Notes under the pieces: generated by a model | Databases searched by the model: none | Seen by the model: the letters and a program-made list of their open reading frames with translations, nothing else | What the model was told of the DNA's origin: nothing | Assembly: GCA_028534125.1 (NCBI GenBank) | Contig: CM052816.1 | Span: 79,548,001-79,612,000, forward strand | DNA from: Lama glama | Taxonomy: Eukaryota | Length of the DNA: 64,000 bases | Direction of reading: 5' to 3' | In this document: positions 38,348-52,047 of the stretch, one piece after another | How positions within the stretch are numbered: the first letter of the stretch is position 1 | Layout of the letters: every line of letters begins with the position of its first letter | Translations under genes and position numbers: made by a program

Positions 38348-40539
38348 GCTGGTGTCATGTCCCATTGGTTTTCCGAGTAATTCCTCAGAAATGTCCTGTT
38401 TTCAGTACATTTCAACATGTATTGTCTGTCCGCAAGTAGGCAGGTATCTGCTATGGGCCATATCCATTATCATTCTTTCAATATTTGCCCTCTTCTCCCC
38501 ATCCCATTGGAATCTTCCCAGCACAGGCTCCTGTTTATCCTCCCAGGTCTCTGTGCTCTCTGGGGTAGCATGACACTGGTAAACAAGAGAACCAGGTCAC
38601 ATCAGGCTGATCCAATGAGTCAACAAGTACTCCACCGGTTACCTTCCACTGTTGCTCTGTTCCAGCTCCTTGAGCACAGAGCCAGCCTGCTGTTCACCAA
38701 ACTGAGCCTGGGTTTAGTCCACACCTCTTGGCTGCAACCCCACCATTCACCTTGCTCTCTGTTGAGCCAATTGACCAAAGTCTAGGCCACCAGATCTAGG
38801 TAATGTGGCTAGGTTATATCCTGCCTTTCACTCCAGATTATGAGATGTCTATGGTGGTCACTATACCACACTCCTCTGCTGACAGTATTGAAGAAGATAG
38901 ACATTTGACAGCAGCACCAGGAAATGGCAAGAATTGTGTGGCTACTGTTATGGCTGCTGCTGACACCACAACAGTCCCCCATCTCCATGGCAACGGCCCA
39001 TTCTCTGTACTATACTGGTTCTTGGCCCCTTGTTGACATTTCCAACGTTTCAGAGAAACAATGACTGAAGGAGCCACAGACAGATGTCTCCTTGCTAAAT
39101 GAAGCAGCTTGATTTTCAAATGTCAGGGCTTTGTCTCTTCATAGTTTACTTTCTTCCTTCAAAATATTCCACACCGAAGTGCCCTAGGAAATGGCAAAGT
39201 TTCCTAATTCAATCAGGAGCATGTGAAGTTTGTTGGATGAGATGAGTCTTAAGAGCCTTGAACAGTTTCCTGTTGGTTGTAGTCAAAGTCAAAACTATTA
39301 AAACCCTCTTAGGAAATCATGTTGCTGGAAGGGAGCTACATTGGAAGTTTAGGTATTGGCTGGCTCACTTGAAAACCACCAGACACAAATGTATGGCACT
39401 TAGTAGGTTACACTGGAAGATCATATAAAAACATCTGTTAGAGCTGACCGTTCAGCTAAACTTAGAACGATTCTAGAGTCATATTTCTCCCTACAACACT
39501 TCAACGGAAAAAGAATGGACTGTTTGTAAAATACTCAGCTGGAAACACTTGATAGCCCATAGTTTTGTTCTAAGTGTTTTTCGATAAGATCACTTTTGAT
39601 GATAGAAAAAATCAGTGAGAGCCCAGGCAAGGAACTATATCATATAAAGTTAGTGTTAGCCTTCTTCGTGGTAAGGGTGTTCATGTATGTATATGTGTAA
39701 TAAATTATGAATAGTGTAAAATAGAGTTATATGTATCAGTCATGTTATGGCCGCCATTGGCTTGAACCTAAAAAATTCTAATGTAAAATTCAGCTGTAAA
39801 ACAGATTAATCTGGTAAATTCTTGTTTTATAAAAGGGTTAATTACGAGTACCTTTTCCTGTTTCACTTACTACAAGGGCATCATAGTATTGACCTTACCA
39901 TCTAACAAAGGCCAGAAGAAACTGGGTGGATTAGTGGGAAGTAGGGAGAAGAAAATCTTAGCTATCTTAAAATCTTTAATACCCTTGAAATTGAAAATAT
40001 ACTTGAACTCATAACAAAGCCATCGCATTTTACAATCCTGCTGGTTACCTTAGTGTATTTGTTTACTGTGCAATAGATATGCACATAACACACAGAGCTA
40101 TAGAATAGTTGATGCTAATTTCTTTTCAGAATGTTATGGATGCACTATATTTGTGCTTTCAGAGAAAAGTTTTCATAACATTCAAATCAGAGTACAAATC
40201 AGGTAAGGCAGGTAAGCTATCAGTTTTTAATTAAGTGTTCTTAAGAGATTACCTAACCATAAACTCAATATAATCTGTATTTATTTTTTGAAGAAATGAA
40301 ATAGAAGGTAAAGGACCACCAACTTCATAGGCAAAGAAAATCTCTCAAAGGGCAGCCCCTACAATGTGAAATCTAAGTTTTACGAACACTTGGTGATTCG
40401 TGGTGATTCAAGGGCCCATGGTGGAGCTGAGGCTGGACAGAACAGTGATATAGCTGTATTTCTGCTGTTCTCTTGAGACCAATTGGTGCACGGAAGGAAG
40501 ACTCTTATCTCAGTGCCTAATAATGGATGTGTTCATTTT

Positions 40540-40775
40540 TTTATTTAATGAGCACTTTACCTTGTGCTAGATACTATGGGAAACTAAGCAATCTTTTATC
40601 TTTTAATTTATATCTTTTAATCCTTATAACAACAGTCAAAAATAAGAACTATAATTATCCTTTCACAAGGGAGGAAACTAAGTCCAAGATTAGGTAAGTG
40701 ACATGTCTGAGATGACCCGACTTATAAGAACTAGAACTGGGGTTCAGACCCAGGTGTCTGATTCAGGAGGCTGTG
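40540..40775 (-). mobile_element. MIR SINE
   Basis: Reads 'gaggaaactaagtccaagattaggtaagtgacatgtctgag...ggttcagacccaggtgtctgattc'. Confidence 0.75.
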
Positions 40776-41604
40776 CTCCTGCACAGTGAGCTGTAACGAC
40801 TCCTGGGGTGTCCATTCAAGGGTGGCCACCAATAGGCCCAAGGCTGTGACTTCCAAAGCCTTCTTGGTTTGTCCAATGGCAGTGTCCTTCTTTCCCCACG
40901 ATGAGGCATGTGGGAGCCTGATCAGCTTAGAGGTGAGGGCTGGGGGCAAGGGGCTCAGGGACAGGAAAATGTCCTTCATTCAGGCATTGATATAAATAAA
41001 ATTTAGAGTCCAAGCTACTCCTTTAAGGTGAAGGTCATCATACAATCCCACATGCCTTAGATAGAGCTGGCCATATGATAGGAAACCAATAAATGTCTAT
41101 AAATTAGTCAGGAATTCCTAATTTCCCTGGTTACTGTGGGGGTGTGTGTGTGTGTGTGTATGTGTGGACACCTGCATATGTGAGGTGCATAGTGTGTACT
41201 CAATCTCCAACAGATTAGACCTATATTCAAGTTTATGCACAGTTGACTATGAGTGAAGAAAGAAATCCCAGACATGGTTGAGAAGTTAATTTTTCTAGTA
41301 CACAAAGAAACTATACCAGAGTATTGCTTTGTGGAGTCATTTTTTTACTGGTGTATGTTCATAAAAAGGGCATCCAGGGTGTATCAGCTCAGTGGGCATG
41401 TGTAATTTTCCATGTGGACTTGTGATATGGTCATAATCCATAAATAATTGAAAATTTCTTACATCAGGCTGGAATTGGTTCCCTATCACTGGTTCTGTCT
41501 CATGAGATCAATACTGAAAGATGTATCCATTTTAAGAGAGAGTCAACATGGGGCAAAGAGTCAAGATTTCAGCCCCTCTCAGAAATACTTTTCAAAATAA
41601 TATA

Positions 41605-42027
41605 CAGACAGTCAACTTAACGATGGTTTGAAATATGATTTTTCAACTTTCCAGTGATGCAAATGTCTCTGATGCAGTGGCAGCGACTCAGCTCCTGTTT
41701 TGCTATGTGCTCACGAGGATGAACAACTGACATACTTACAACCACTCTGTACCCGTACAACCATTCTGTTCTTCACTTCAAGCACAGTATTCAATACATT
41801 CCATGGGATATTTGACACTTTATTATAAAATAAGTTTTGCGTTAGACAATTTTGCCCAACTGTAGGCTAATGTTAGTGTTCTGAGTTAGAGCATGTTTAA
41901 GGTAGGCCAGGCTAAACTATGATGTTCGGTAAGTTAGCTGTATTAAATGTATTTTCTACTTAACGATGTTTTCAGCTTATGTTGGCTTTATTGGAACGTA
42001 ACCCCATTATAAGTCAAGGAAGAGCTG
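41605..42027 (-). mobile_element. MER47/Tigger5-family TcMar MITE, copy 2
   Basis: Reads 'TA|cagacagtcaacttaacgatggtttg...accccattataagtcaaggaagagctg'. Colinear with 27322-27819. Confidence 0.85.
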
Positions 42028-43184
42028 GGTCAGGTTGGAGCTCTCAGCTTTCCCAGTGAAAAAACAATCTGAAACAAGTGCCCAGTACAAAAACCTCCAA
42101 CAAATACTAAGCTCATATTCATTATGTGAACTGAAATATATCCATGAATCAAAAGATATCTGTGACTGAAAATGATTTAAGCATCTTTTTTTCTCATTTA
42201 GTCTATAAATGGAAATCTACATTTTTAAAGGTATTGGTAGGCTCCATATACTGCCTGACAAACTCTAAGAAACATTTTCAAGAGGCAAATAGCATATCTA
42301 ACTCTATAAATGGGTGATTTCTGTGATAAAAAGGAGGAGAAGAGGGAGGAAGAGGAGAAAAAGGAAAAGAAGAAATCCCATTATAGGTGGTTGTAAGTTA
42401 AGTAAGAACTAGAGCCTCTTTGAATATTCAACAAAGTAACTTCAAGACCAAGAAAAGAATTTTTCTGGGTAAGCAGAGGCGATTGTAAATATATGTAAAT
42501 GAATTTGATTAAAATGAATGAAAAGGGAGTTTGTGGCTTTGCTCAGACGTTATGACTAATACAGTTTGGTCTTGGGTGGCGCCTTTAATGAAGCTTGGCT
42601 AAAAAAAAAAAATACTGCTGTGATTTAATCAGCTATTGCTATGCTGGTAGGGCCTGTTAGTCTCCTGCAAGTAAGAATGTAATCTACATGGGGAAGTGCA
42701 AAGTGAAACACCGATAAGTGATCAGGAATCCATGGGCATGAGGACAGAGAGCGAAACTGCCAAAGATGACACGTCTACAGTTTCCATACAGGTCACCAAG
42801 GCTCACAAATGAGTCTTTCTATCTGCAAACCCCATATTTCACCTTTTTCTGCCTACCACCTGGACCTCAAATTGTGACCAGGAGGAACCTGTGTGTCCTG
42901 TCATACTACACCAGTTTTCCATTGTCAGATAGGAATCCAAGTTCACTCACCTCCTGAACTTTCACAGAAGGACCATACACGCTTCAGGGTTGTATCCTAC
43001 ATGCCTGGCATGAGCCAGGTACAAAAAAAATATTTTGTTGAATGGTATTATTGATTATTCTTATGTGCTGGCGTATGGGGGCTTGGTTGACCTCAAACTC
43101 CCACTGTATCCCTCAAATAATTTGAAAAGGTCACTTGAAGAGTTGCCTTCAGCCCCTAGAGCCATGGCTTTTGAACTGTGAAAA

Positions 43185-43325
43185 CCTGGATTAGTTACTA
43201 CCTCAGTTTTCTCACATATAAAATTAGTAGGATAATTGTATTTATTTCATAGGTGTGTTATGATGTTTAACGAAGATAATCACTTAACAAAGTACTTCGC
43301 ACAGAGTAAGAATTCAGCGAGTGTG
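43185..43325 (+). mobile_element. MIR SINE fragment
   Basis: Reads 'cctcagttttctcacatataaaatt...tttcataggtgtgttatgatgtttaa'. Confidence 0.65.
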
Positions 43326-44462
43326 TTCTGTATCCATTTTGTTTTATGTTATATGTTCAGTGTCAAGAATAATTCCTAGACCATACTAGGCACTCTACTT
43401 GTTGAACCAATGAATAATGACCTTATCTCGTATCAGGTACCAAAGCATTGGTTTTGTCACTGAGGATGAATCCTTTGATTATGAAGAAAAGAAGAGAAAA
43501 AAGCCCAGCAAGCCTGACCATGGTGTATAAACCTACAGAGCAATAGCTTCTATCTTTGGGGAGATTGGTTCTTTTGAGAATCCAATGGAAGTTGCAGACA
43601 GTCTACCCACAAAAAAAATGTAGATAAATTACATACACAGATATTTAAGAATCTGCAGATCTATCCATGACCTTCATGTTAAAAATTCCTGCTTAGAAAT
43701 TTAGGGAGATCAAGGAGAATGAAAGGAGAGACATTAGAAGGACCTCAGGAAACTGGAGCCTTCCCCTACACACATGTAGTTTAAGTCAGACAGTTCTACA
43801 ACAAGGACCCTGGAGTGAGAGCCCAGAGATTTGAGTTAATGAAAAGACTGTGGAAGAAATGGAGACCTCTAAGTCATTTTAGTCAAAAAAACTCAGAAAC
43901 TCAGATTTTGCCTGAGAGAACTCCAGAATTGGAGAGTTGGTGCATCTCGTGCCTGGCTGCATTGTTAGGATGAGAACCTGGAGGAAAAATGAGCCTCGGA
44001 ACCAGGGGTTTCTGAAGGATTCCAGCCACAGATGAGGTGCTGCTTCTCCTTGTGCTGGTATTTTAAGTGACTCCAGGGCTCCAGACACAAAAGGATCCAC
44101 GGGTTTGCATCATGGATGCTGGACACGTCCCGAGTTCTCACCACAGTATTCATGCCCTGTCTTCATTCTTTCCCTAAGACTGCTCAGTAAGAATCCGTTG
44201 AGCATGTTCTTTTCTGGAAATCACAGGGGAGAAGAGCAGTCTGTATCTTCATTCATGTTTCCAAGCTTGGGAAGGCTCAGGCCTTACCTCGGGTGAGTCA
44301 AGTTCCTCAGAGCTTGTTGGCTGGTTTTCCTGGCCTACTAAGGAGATGTCTTCTTTTAACTAAGGCTTATAACTCCATCTTAAAGTGAGCTTAGAACCAT
44401 GCTCCCCCATCCCACACACAATTCCATGAAAAATAAACAATTATCATTAATAATTTTCCCAT

Positions 44463-45105
44463 TTTTTTTTTAGATTCCACATATGAGCGATCTCATATAG
44501 TATTTTTCTTTCTCTTTATGGCTTACTTCACTTAGAATGACATTCTCCAGGGATAACCATGTTGCTGCAAATGGCGTTATGTTATTGCTGTTTATGGCTG
44601 AATAGTATTCCACTGTATAAATATACCACATCTTCTTTATCCAGTCATCTGTCAATGGACATTTAGGCTGTTTCCGCGTCTTGGCTATTGTAAATACTGC
44701 TGCTATGAACATTAAGGTGCAAATGTCGTTTTGAAGTAGGGTTCCTTCTGGATATAAGCCCAGGAGCGGGATTACTAGGTCATATGGCAAGTCTATTCCT
44801 AGTCTTTTGAGGAATCTCCATACTGTTTTCCACAGTTTGTGGTTGCCAAGGGGGTGGGGGGGGTGGGAAGGGACAGACTAGGAGTTCAGAATTTGCAAAT
44901 ACTGACAGGCATGTGCAGAATAGATGAACAAGATTATACTGTATAGCACAGGGAAATACATACAAGATCTTGTGGTAGTTCACAGCAAAAAAAAATGTGA
45001 CAATGAATATATGTATGTTCATGCATAACTGAAAAATTGTGCTCTACACTGGAATTTGACACAACATTATAAAATGACTATAACTCAATAAAAATGTTAA
45101 AAAAA
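44463..45105 (+). mobile_element. Young L1 with a 5' inversion: inverted to about 44835, forward to the poly(A)
   Basis: The minus ORF 44470-44790 is the ORF2p C-terminus, followed by sense 3' UTR. TSD taataattt(t/c)cccat lies at 44448-44462 and 45106-45120. Confidence 0.95.
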
Positions 45106-45249
45106 TAATAATTTCCCCATGTTTAAAGGTAAGGTTTTATCATTTTTAAAAGTTATACAGTAACAAGTGTTTTAGAAATACAAAAAAAAAAGTATCCTGA
45201 AGGCATGGCCCTTGCTTTCAGAATAACAGTAAGTCAAATGTGGCTCTTC

Positions 45250-45750
45250 TCCTTCCAGTTTTATTGAGATATATTTGACATATGGCATTGTACAAGCTTA
45301 AGGAGGTCAGCATAATGATTTGACTTATATACATCATAAAATGATCATCACAGTAAGTATGGTGAACATTCATCATTTCATAGAGGTACAAAATTAAAGG
45401 AACAGGAAAAATTTTTTTCTTGTGAAAAGAACTCAGGATTATTCTGTTAACTTTTATATATAACATGCAGCAGTGTTGATTATATTTTACCATGTTGTAC
45501 ATTGCATCCCTAGTATTTGTTTAGCTTACAACTGGAAGTTTGTACCTTTTGACTGTCTTCATCCAATTCCCCACCCCAACCCTCCATCTCTGGAACCCAC
45601 AAATCTGATCTCTTTTTCTATGAATTTGTTTGTTTGTTTTTGAAGTAGAATTGACCTACACTGCTATGTTATTTCCTGGTACACAACATTCAGTATGTCT
45701 ATACATTCCAAAATGATCATCATGGTAAGTCTAGTCACCATCTGTCATCA
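45250..45750 (-). mobile_element. Older laurasiatherian L1 3' end (L1MA9-derived type)
   Basis: Reads 'ccagttttattgagatatatttgacat...accatgttgtacattgcatcccta...actggaagtttgtacctttt'. Confidence 0.85.
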
Positions 45751-45769
45751 TCCCAAAAGGTGTTTTTGA

Positions 45770-46890
45770 AACAACTGCTAAGTGCCAGGCACTAAGGGAT
45801 ACAACAGTGGTCCTTGGGCTTCAGTGGGATTTAGTGCACAGCGTGGTCCATCCACATCCACTCCAGTAACCTGATACCATAAAAGGAGTTCATGGAGGGA
45901 AATAGACAAACAACTACAAGTTGCTATGATGGAAAAGCACAGGTAAGATGGCAGCACATAATCTGAAAGCGTCCCCTAAATTGGAGGTGGAAGGTGTACT
46001 CGGGAAAGGTTTTCTTGAGGAAGTGATGCTTACGTTCAAGAAACTTATGTTGACTTGCAGAAACAAAGTGATCACACCTGAAGCAATATAAGACTCCAAG
46101 TTGGACTACATTGTGTGGAAAGGGAAGTGGAAAGGAGACATGAAAGAGCTAGGAGGATCAGGAAGGAAGGTGACAAGGCAGGACTTGAGTTTGTCTTTGA
46201 AAAAGAGGTAAATAGAAAGAGCTGAGGGGTTTTTTAGAAACAAAATGATCTAAGATGCAGTATAAAGAAGCAGTGTAATGTGTTTCTAGAAAAAGAGGGT
46301 GCCTGACCTTACAAATACGTAGCATTCCAAGATGAGGGGAACACCCCACAGGTTCCATATCCATGGAAATGGAGGGATGACTGTACTGTGCCATTTTATA
46401 TAAGGGACTTGAGCATCTGAGGATTTGGGTACAGGGGGTCCTGGAACCAATTCTGCAGATACCACGGGACAACTGCAATAAATTCAACAGAGATATTGTA
46501 CATATAAATACAATGGAGAAACCTGAAAGCCATACAGAGAACTAAGATATGGGCTGGGAAATAGAGAGCCACTGAAGGTTGTAGGGAAAGACGAGATGAA
46601 ATCAAGATTTTAAAAAGCAAGAAGTAGATCTGATGGACAGAAGATGAAAATGGACTAAAGGAATCTGAAGCATCCATGTATGAGAAGATGAGGATTTAAA
46701 TCATGGCAATGGAAATAAAGAGATAAACCCAAGCAGTAAAGGGAGTTTCATGGTAAACTTGATTGTGTACAAACCAAGAAGCTCATTATGAGGGTTCAAT
46801 CATGCTGGCCAGTTAGAAGTGTGGACTCAATGCAAGAACCATATTTGGAGGAGGAGGTGGGGACATGACACAGTTAGTTTTGGACATTTG
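45770..46890 (-). mobile_element. Decayed L2 tract
   Basis: Motifs 'aagtgccaggcactaagggatacaacagtg', 'gggaaaggttttcttgaggaagtgatgc' and 'agttttggacat'. Confidence 0.6.
46345..46477. mobile_element. MER2-like Tigger MITE fragment nested in the L2
   Basis: Reads 'ccattttatataagggacttgagcatctgaggatttggg...ggtcctggaaccaat...gataccacgggacaactg'. Confidence 0.8.
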
Positions 46891-49544
46891 CACTTGAAGC
46901 TTACTATTATTCACTTCTTTGTTATCACCATCTGATGATTATTCTTTGACTACTTAATGACAACTTCCCTGAGGCACACTCTCAAGTTGTAGGGTAGGGA
47001 AGAGATTTCTTGGCTGTACTATAAATGAAGCTGTAATTCCTCACCAAAGAAAAAATATTTTGAGAAAATTTTCTGAATATTCAGAGTCTCTCTCAGAGTT
47101 TAATTGAGTTGATCTCATACTACGTGTAAAATAATGAACCTTTGGGCTTTTTTCCCTACAATTCAGTGTGCAACTCATAAATGTCATAAATTTTAGCATA
47201 TTTAATTTAACCAATATTTATTGAACACTTAAGGGGTACATAGATTAGGATTATTTTCATTTGCTGCACAGCAATTCTTTGAATGCAAAGGAGCCCAGTT
47301 TTTCCATTTGGTAGTTGAATCACCTTGTAATTTTGTTTTTGTGATGATCATTCATTGAAATGTCTCTGTTCTTAGTAAAAAGGCAAACCTAAACTGAGAC
47401 TTAAAATATCTGTGGTATAAATTAGTGAGGTCTGGCTGAATAATCTATTTCTTTTTCTTAAAAAATAACCCAGCTTAAATGCAAAACAGAATCCATATTT
47501 AAAGCAGACTTTTTAATACTGAGATAAGAAGAATGAGTTTGAGGGGTTATCCTGAAGCCTTCCTCCCTTAGGATAACCGTGTAGGGAGTTTACGAATGGA
47601 TAGTTCATTACAGATGGATTGCTGGACCATAAAACACGATAATTTAGCTCACATGATGGGCCTTAGGTCTTTTTATTATCTTCTCACATTTATATCTGCC
47701 TTGACTTCCTTTAACAGCTTTAATCTTTGTAGGCATTGCTTTATTTTATTGATATGCCTTTTGTTTTCCCACTTATGTCATAGACAGAGATACCACTTAA
47801 CTATGCCAGCTCACCTCTCTGCTGCAAGTAACTTCCTGTGCTCTGCTCACTCTTAAAGGCCATATGGGGTCACTCTAGGACAGCTGGAGGACCCAGAGCT
47901 CCATGCTCCTTACCTTTATTCCTAATATCTCAGCACTGGGATGTTTACACTGGGAAACACAGTTCTTTCACTCTGAATGCTTTTCTATTGAGAAATCTTT
48001 GAGGAGATTTCCAGTGAGTAAATTTTTATCCCTTATATTTACTACACACCCTCATACATGATCATTTCTATAAATTAGGTCTCAAAAGTAAGTGAGAGTA
48101 TTGGCCTAGTTACAATTTTCTCATCTTAGGGTAAAAATGTTAAACTTCCTGAAAAAAGGCATACATATTTAATTTAGGGTCTTCACTGATTCCAAACCAG
48201 TCTTCCCAAATGATTAATAATTAATGAAGTTTATTCTCTTTTTAGAAAGGATATGATATTTAATGTCCTCTCATATTGGAAAATCTATTTTAAAAAGGCA
48301 CAACTAAGCATATAATCTGAAACGTTATGTACATAGTAGGCCTGAGGTAAAATTAAATTATTGAAATTATCGGACACAGAGAAGTAAATAAAAATGTAAC
48401 TTGATTCAGTATTCTACATTTCTGCTTGAGATAACCATTGAAGAATTCGAAATTAGAAAACTTGTCATTCAATGAAGACTATATACATATAAACAATACT
48501 GCGGTTGCTTGTGAACTGCCGTTGGCTTGAGGTGAAAATGGAAAGGGCAAACGTCACTGGGAAAAAGTGACGTAGGATGGGATGGGGTGAGGACAGTGGA
48601 GTGGGGAACCACAGCACTGAGAAGGAAACGGAGACTCGTGCAAAGAGAGTCAGCGAGGAGTCGGACAAGAGGGAGACAACCGAGCAATTTCTTAGATGTT
48701 ACTAAATGCTCAGCTTACCCTGCTCTTCACTTGGATTGTGGGTTTGGAAAACGTTTACTTTTTATTTTATGATTTGAAGTCGGCACTGTAGTCACTGTCC
48801 TTAGTTCTCTAACTGCTCTTAATGATATTCTGTTCTTAGTGATCTAACTGTTTGGTTTGGAAAATTATTTGATACACCTAAAAACAATGAGCAGGGTAAT
48901 ATCACCCCTTGGAACTGATTTTAGGTCAGCCCACTGGATATATCAAATCCAAGTCAAATGGATGACTTCCCACCCCTGCCTTATTAAGCAAACTATAAAA
49001 GAGAACACAGTTACTAACATCGTGACTGTGCTATTGATTGTAATGCAGTGTGTGCACACACACTCACGCCCACACAGACACACACAAACTAAAGCTGCCT
49101 TTCTTTTGGCAAAACTAGTAGCATGTAGGTGATTGATGCCAGATATCCTTCCACAGTTCAGGATGTTTTCCTATACTCCATGCCAGGTTGAATTTCTGGA
49201 CTGGTCCCAAGAATTAGAACAAACATAAAGAAAAAATATTTTTATATTTAGGGACTCAAGTATATAGAGACAGGATAAAGATTTTCTGTTGGAGAAGGTA
49301 CATTCACGTAAATCTTTATGGTTTAGAAATATTAATAAAGCAAAGAGCTGACATACGTTAACGCCTGTCATGTGTGAGCTTCTGTGCTTGGTAGTTTACA
49401 AATCTAATTTTCTATGAGCTAAATAAACACAAATATTTGCAGACTTCAGGTATATTTTTCAAAATAGCTGTGGTCAATAATACGTGTTACAAACCTTCGA
49501 TATTGCAGGTTCTGTGAAGAGAGGTAACGTAGTAAAGTAGCAAG

Positions 49545-50545
49545 ACATGGTTTTCTATTGCTGCAAAACGTAGTGGCTTACAGCAACTGTTTCATTGTGA
49601 CAAATATTTCGTGGATGGATTTCAGGCACAGCTTGACTGTACAGTTCTTGCTTAGCATCCGTAATGGATGTAACAGTGACCCCAAGAGGCATGTCCACCT
49701 AGAATGTCAGGATGTAACCTTCTTAGAAATAATTAGTTGAGGATCTCAAGATGAAATCATGCTGGATGTAGAGTGGGCCCTACATCCAATGACTGGCGTT
49801 TTTAAGGAGATGAGGGAAGACACTCACAGAGAGAAGACAATGTGAAGCTAGACGTAAGCAGAGATTGGAGTTATGCTGCTCCAAGTCAAGGGACCCCTTG
49901 GAAGTTAAAAGAAGCAAAGAGGGATTCTTCTCTAGAGCCTTCCAAGGAGGTAGGGCCTTCCAAGGCCCTTCTGACAACTTGACTTCATGTCCCTAGCCTC
50001 ACGTACTATGAAAGAATGAATTTCTGCTGTTTTAAGCCACCCAGTTCATGGCACTTGATTACAGTAGCCCTAAAAAATGAACACGGAGTGTTTCATTGGA
50101 TTGCAATCAGATCTCAGCTAGCTCTACAACCATCTGAAAGCTCAACTGGGCGAGAAGTCACTGAGGACGAATCCATGGCACCACTGGCAAGTTGGTCTTG
50201 GCTGCTGGCTGGGAATTCATCCAAGACTGTCAGTTGCAGCTGCAATTCACCTCCATGTGAGCATCCCCATGGGGCCATTTGGGCTTCCTCAAAGCATTGT
50301 GGCTGGCTTCCAAGAGGGAATGCCTTGAGAAGAAATTTTTCAAGAGAAAGGTTTCTCAAAGACTAAAGCAGAAGCTGTAAAACATTTTTATGACCAAACC
50401 TCAGAAATTCCAGAATACAACTTCCACTGCAGTCTACTCAAGAAAGTCCCTAAGAGTAGCCCAAACTCAAGGAAGGGAAATCAGACTCCACTTCTCAACA
50501 GAAGGACTTAAAAAGATTTTGTGATTGTCTGTAATCTGTTCCATA
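49545..50545 (-). mobile_element. Old MaLR LTR (MLT1G/H-like), split by a younger MLT1
   Basis: 'tctattgctgc...agtggcttacagcaac' resumes after 50085 with 'ggcaagttggtcttggctgctggctggg...gggcttcctcaaagcat...cagactccacttctc'. Confidence 0.7.
49660..50084 (+). mobile_element. MaLR MLT1B/C LTR, nested
   Basis: Reads 'ggatctcaagatgaaatcat...tccaatgactgg...gcagagattggagttatgctgc...atttctgctgttttaagccacccagtt'. Confidence 0.85.
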
Positions 50546-51547
50546 GACCTAAGTTCAAATCACAACTCTACTACTTGCTGAGTGTAAGTTACCAAACCTC
50601 TCAGCCCATTTTCCCATTCACAAAACAAAGATGACAATACCATTGATAGAAGGTTATTGCAATAATTAAACTGAATTAAATAATGCTGCTTCAGTCCATG
50701 AAAATTACCTGTGCACAGATACACACATATAGGTAACGCATATACATATAAACGGTGAATATAGCTTAGCTCCATGAAGACATTAGCTAGGTAGGAACAG
50801 AATGCTAGTTTCAGACGTGACATTTTGGGAATCTCCTACTTGTTTATTGGTTGCAGTTTCTATGTCCAGAATTCAAATGAGAATCATGCTTATCTTTACC
50901 GTGACATGGAAATTGGGAAGGAAATGTAGCAGAGGTTTATGTGATAGCTAAAACGTCCACGGAGAATCCCAGTACCCCTCTGAAAATTCAGCAGCCAGTG
51001 CCCCCACCTCACCCTTTTACAAGGCAAAAGGATAGATTCTCCTGCTCTTTGACTAAGGTTCAATTTTCTGTTTATGGAGTATTTTGCCACTTCTTATTCT
51101 GCCAGTCTGCTCCTGATCATCATCATGAATTCCCATCACACTTCTGTATTAAGTGTAGCACAGTTAAAGCTTTTCCTCCAGCTCAATGAACTTTATGAAG
51201 AAGAAATGGAGCTTTATGCCCTAATATCTGGGCAAATAAACATTTAAAGTATGACAGGATGCAAGAAATCTTGAATTCCTCTACTGCCATGTTTTCCTTT
51301 AGCTGGTCCATCTCAAACTTCTCCTTGCTCCTTGGCTTCAGGTTAGTGGTATATTCTTGGGTGATAGACTGAAAGCAGAAATTCTCCAACCCTTCTCACA
51401 ACAAATTGTAAGCATCAGTCAGTTTGGACCTATATAGTCATCAAATATTTTTCCTTACACACTTTATCATAGAAACTCTGCTTATCTCAGTTCTCAAGTG
51501 GGATCCTGGGTTTTTAGGGTCATGATGTTGTCCAAAGATGCTACACA

Positions 51548-52047
51548 NNNNNNNNNNNNNNNNNNNNNNNNNNNNNNNNNNNNNNNNNNNNNNNNNNNNN
51601 NNNNNNNNNNNNNNNNNNNNNNNNNNNNNNNNNNNNNNNNNNNNNNNNNNNNNNNNNNNNNNNNNNNNNNNNNNNNNNNNNNNNNNNNNNNNNNNNNNNN
51701 NNNNNNNNNNNNNNNNNNNNNNNNNNNNNNNNNNNNNNNNNNNNNNNNNNNNNNNNNNNNNNNNNNNNNNNNNNNNNNNNNNNNNNNNNNNNNNNNNNNN
51801 NNNNNNNNNNNNNNNNNNNNNNNNNNNNNNNNNNNNNNNNNNNNNNNNNNNNNNNNNNNNNNNNNNNNNNNNNNNNNNNNNNNNNNNNNNNNNNNNNNNN
51901 NNNNNNNNNNNNNNNNNNNNNNNNNNNNNNNNNNNNNNNNNNNNNNNNNNNNNNNNNNNNNNNNNNNNNNNNNNNNNNNNNNNNNNNNNNNNNNNNNNNN
52001 NNNNNNNNNNNNNNNNNNNNNNNNNNNNNNNNNNNNNNNNNNNNNNN
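51548..52047. other. Assembly gap of exactly 500 N
   Basis: Run of N of a round, probably arbitrary, length. Confidence 0.99.

Noticed and set aside
27322..42027. Two similar ~450-bp direct repeats 14 kb apart, suggesting an LTR pair or composite transposon
   Set aside because: Each is an independent Tigger MITE with its own TIRs and different internal deletions. There is no retroviral or transposase interior between them.
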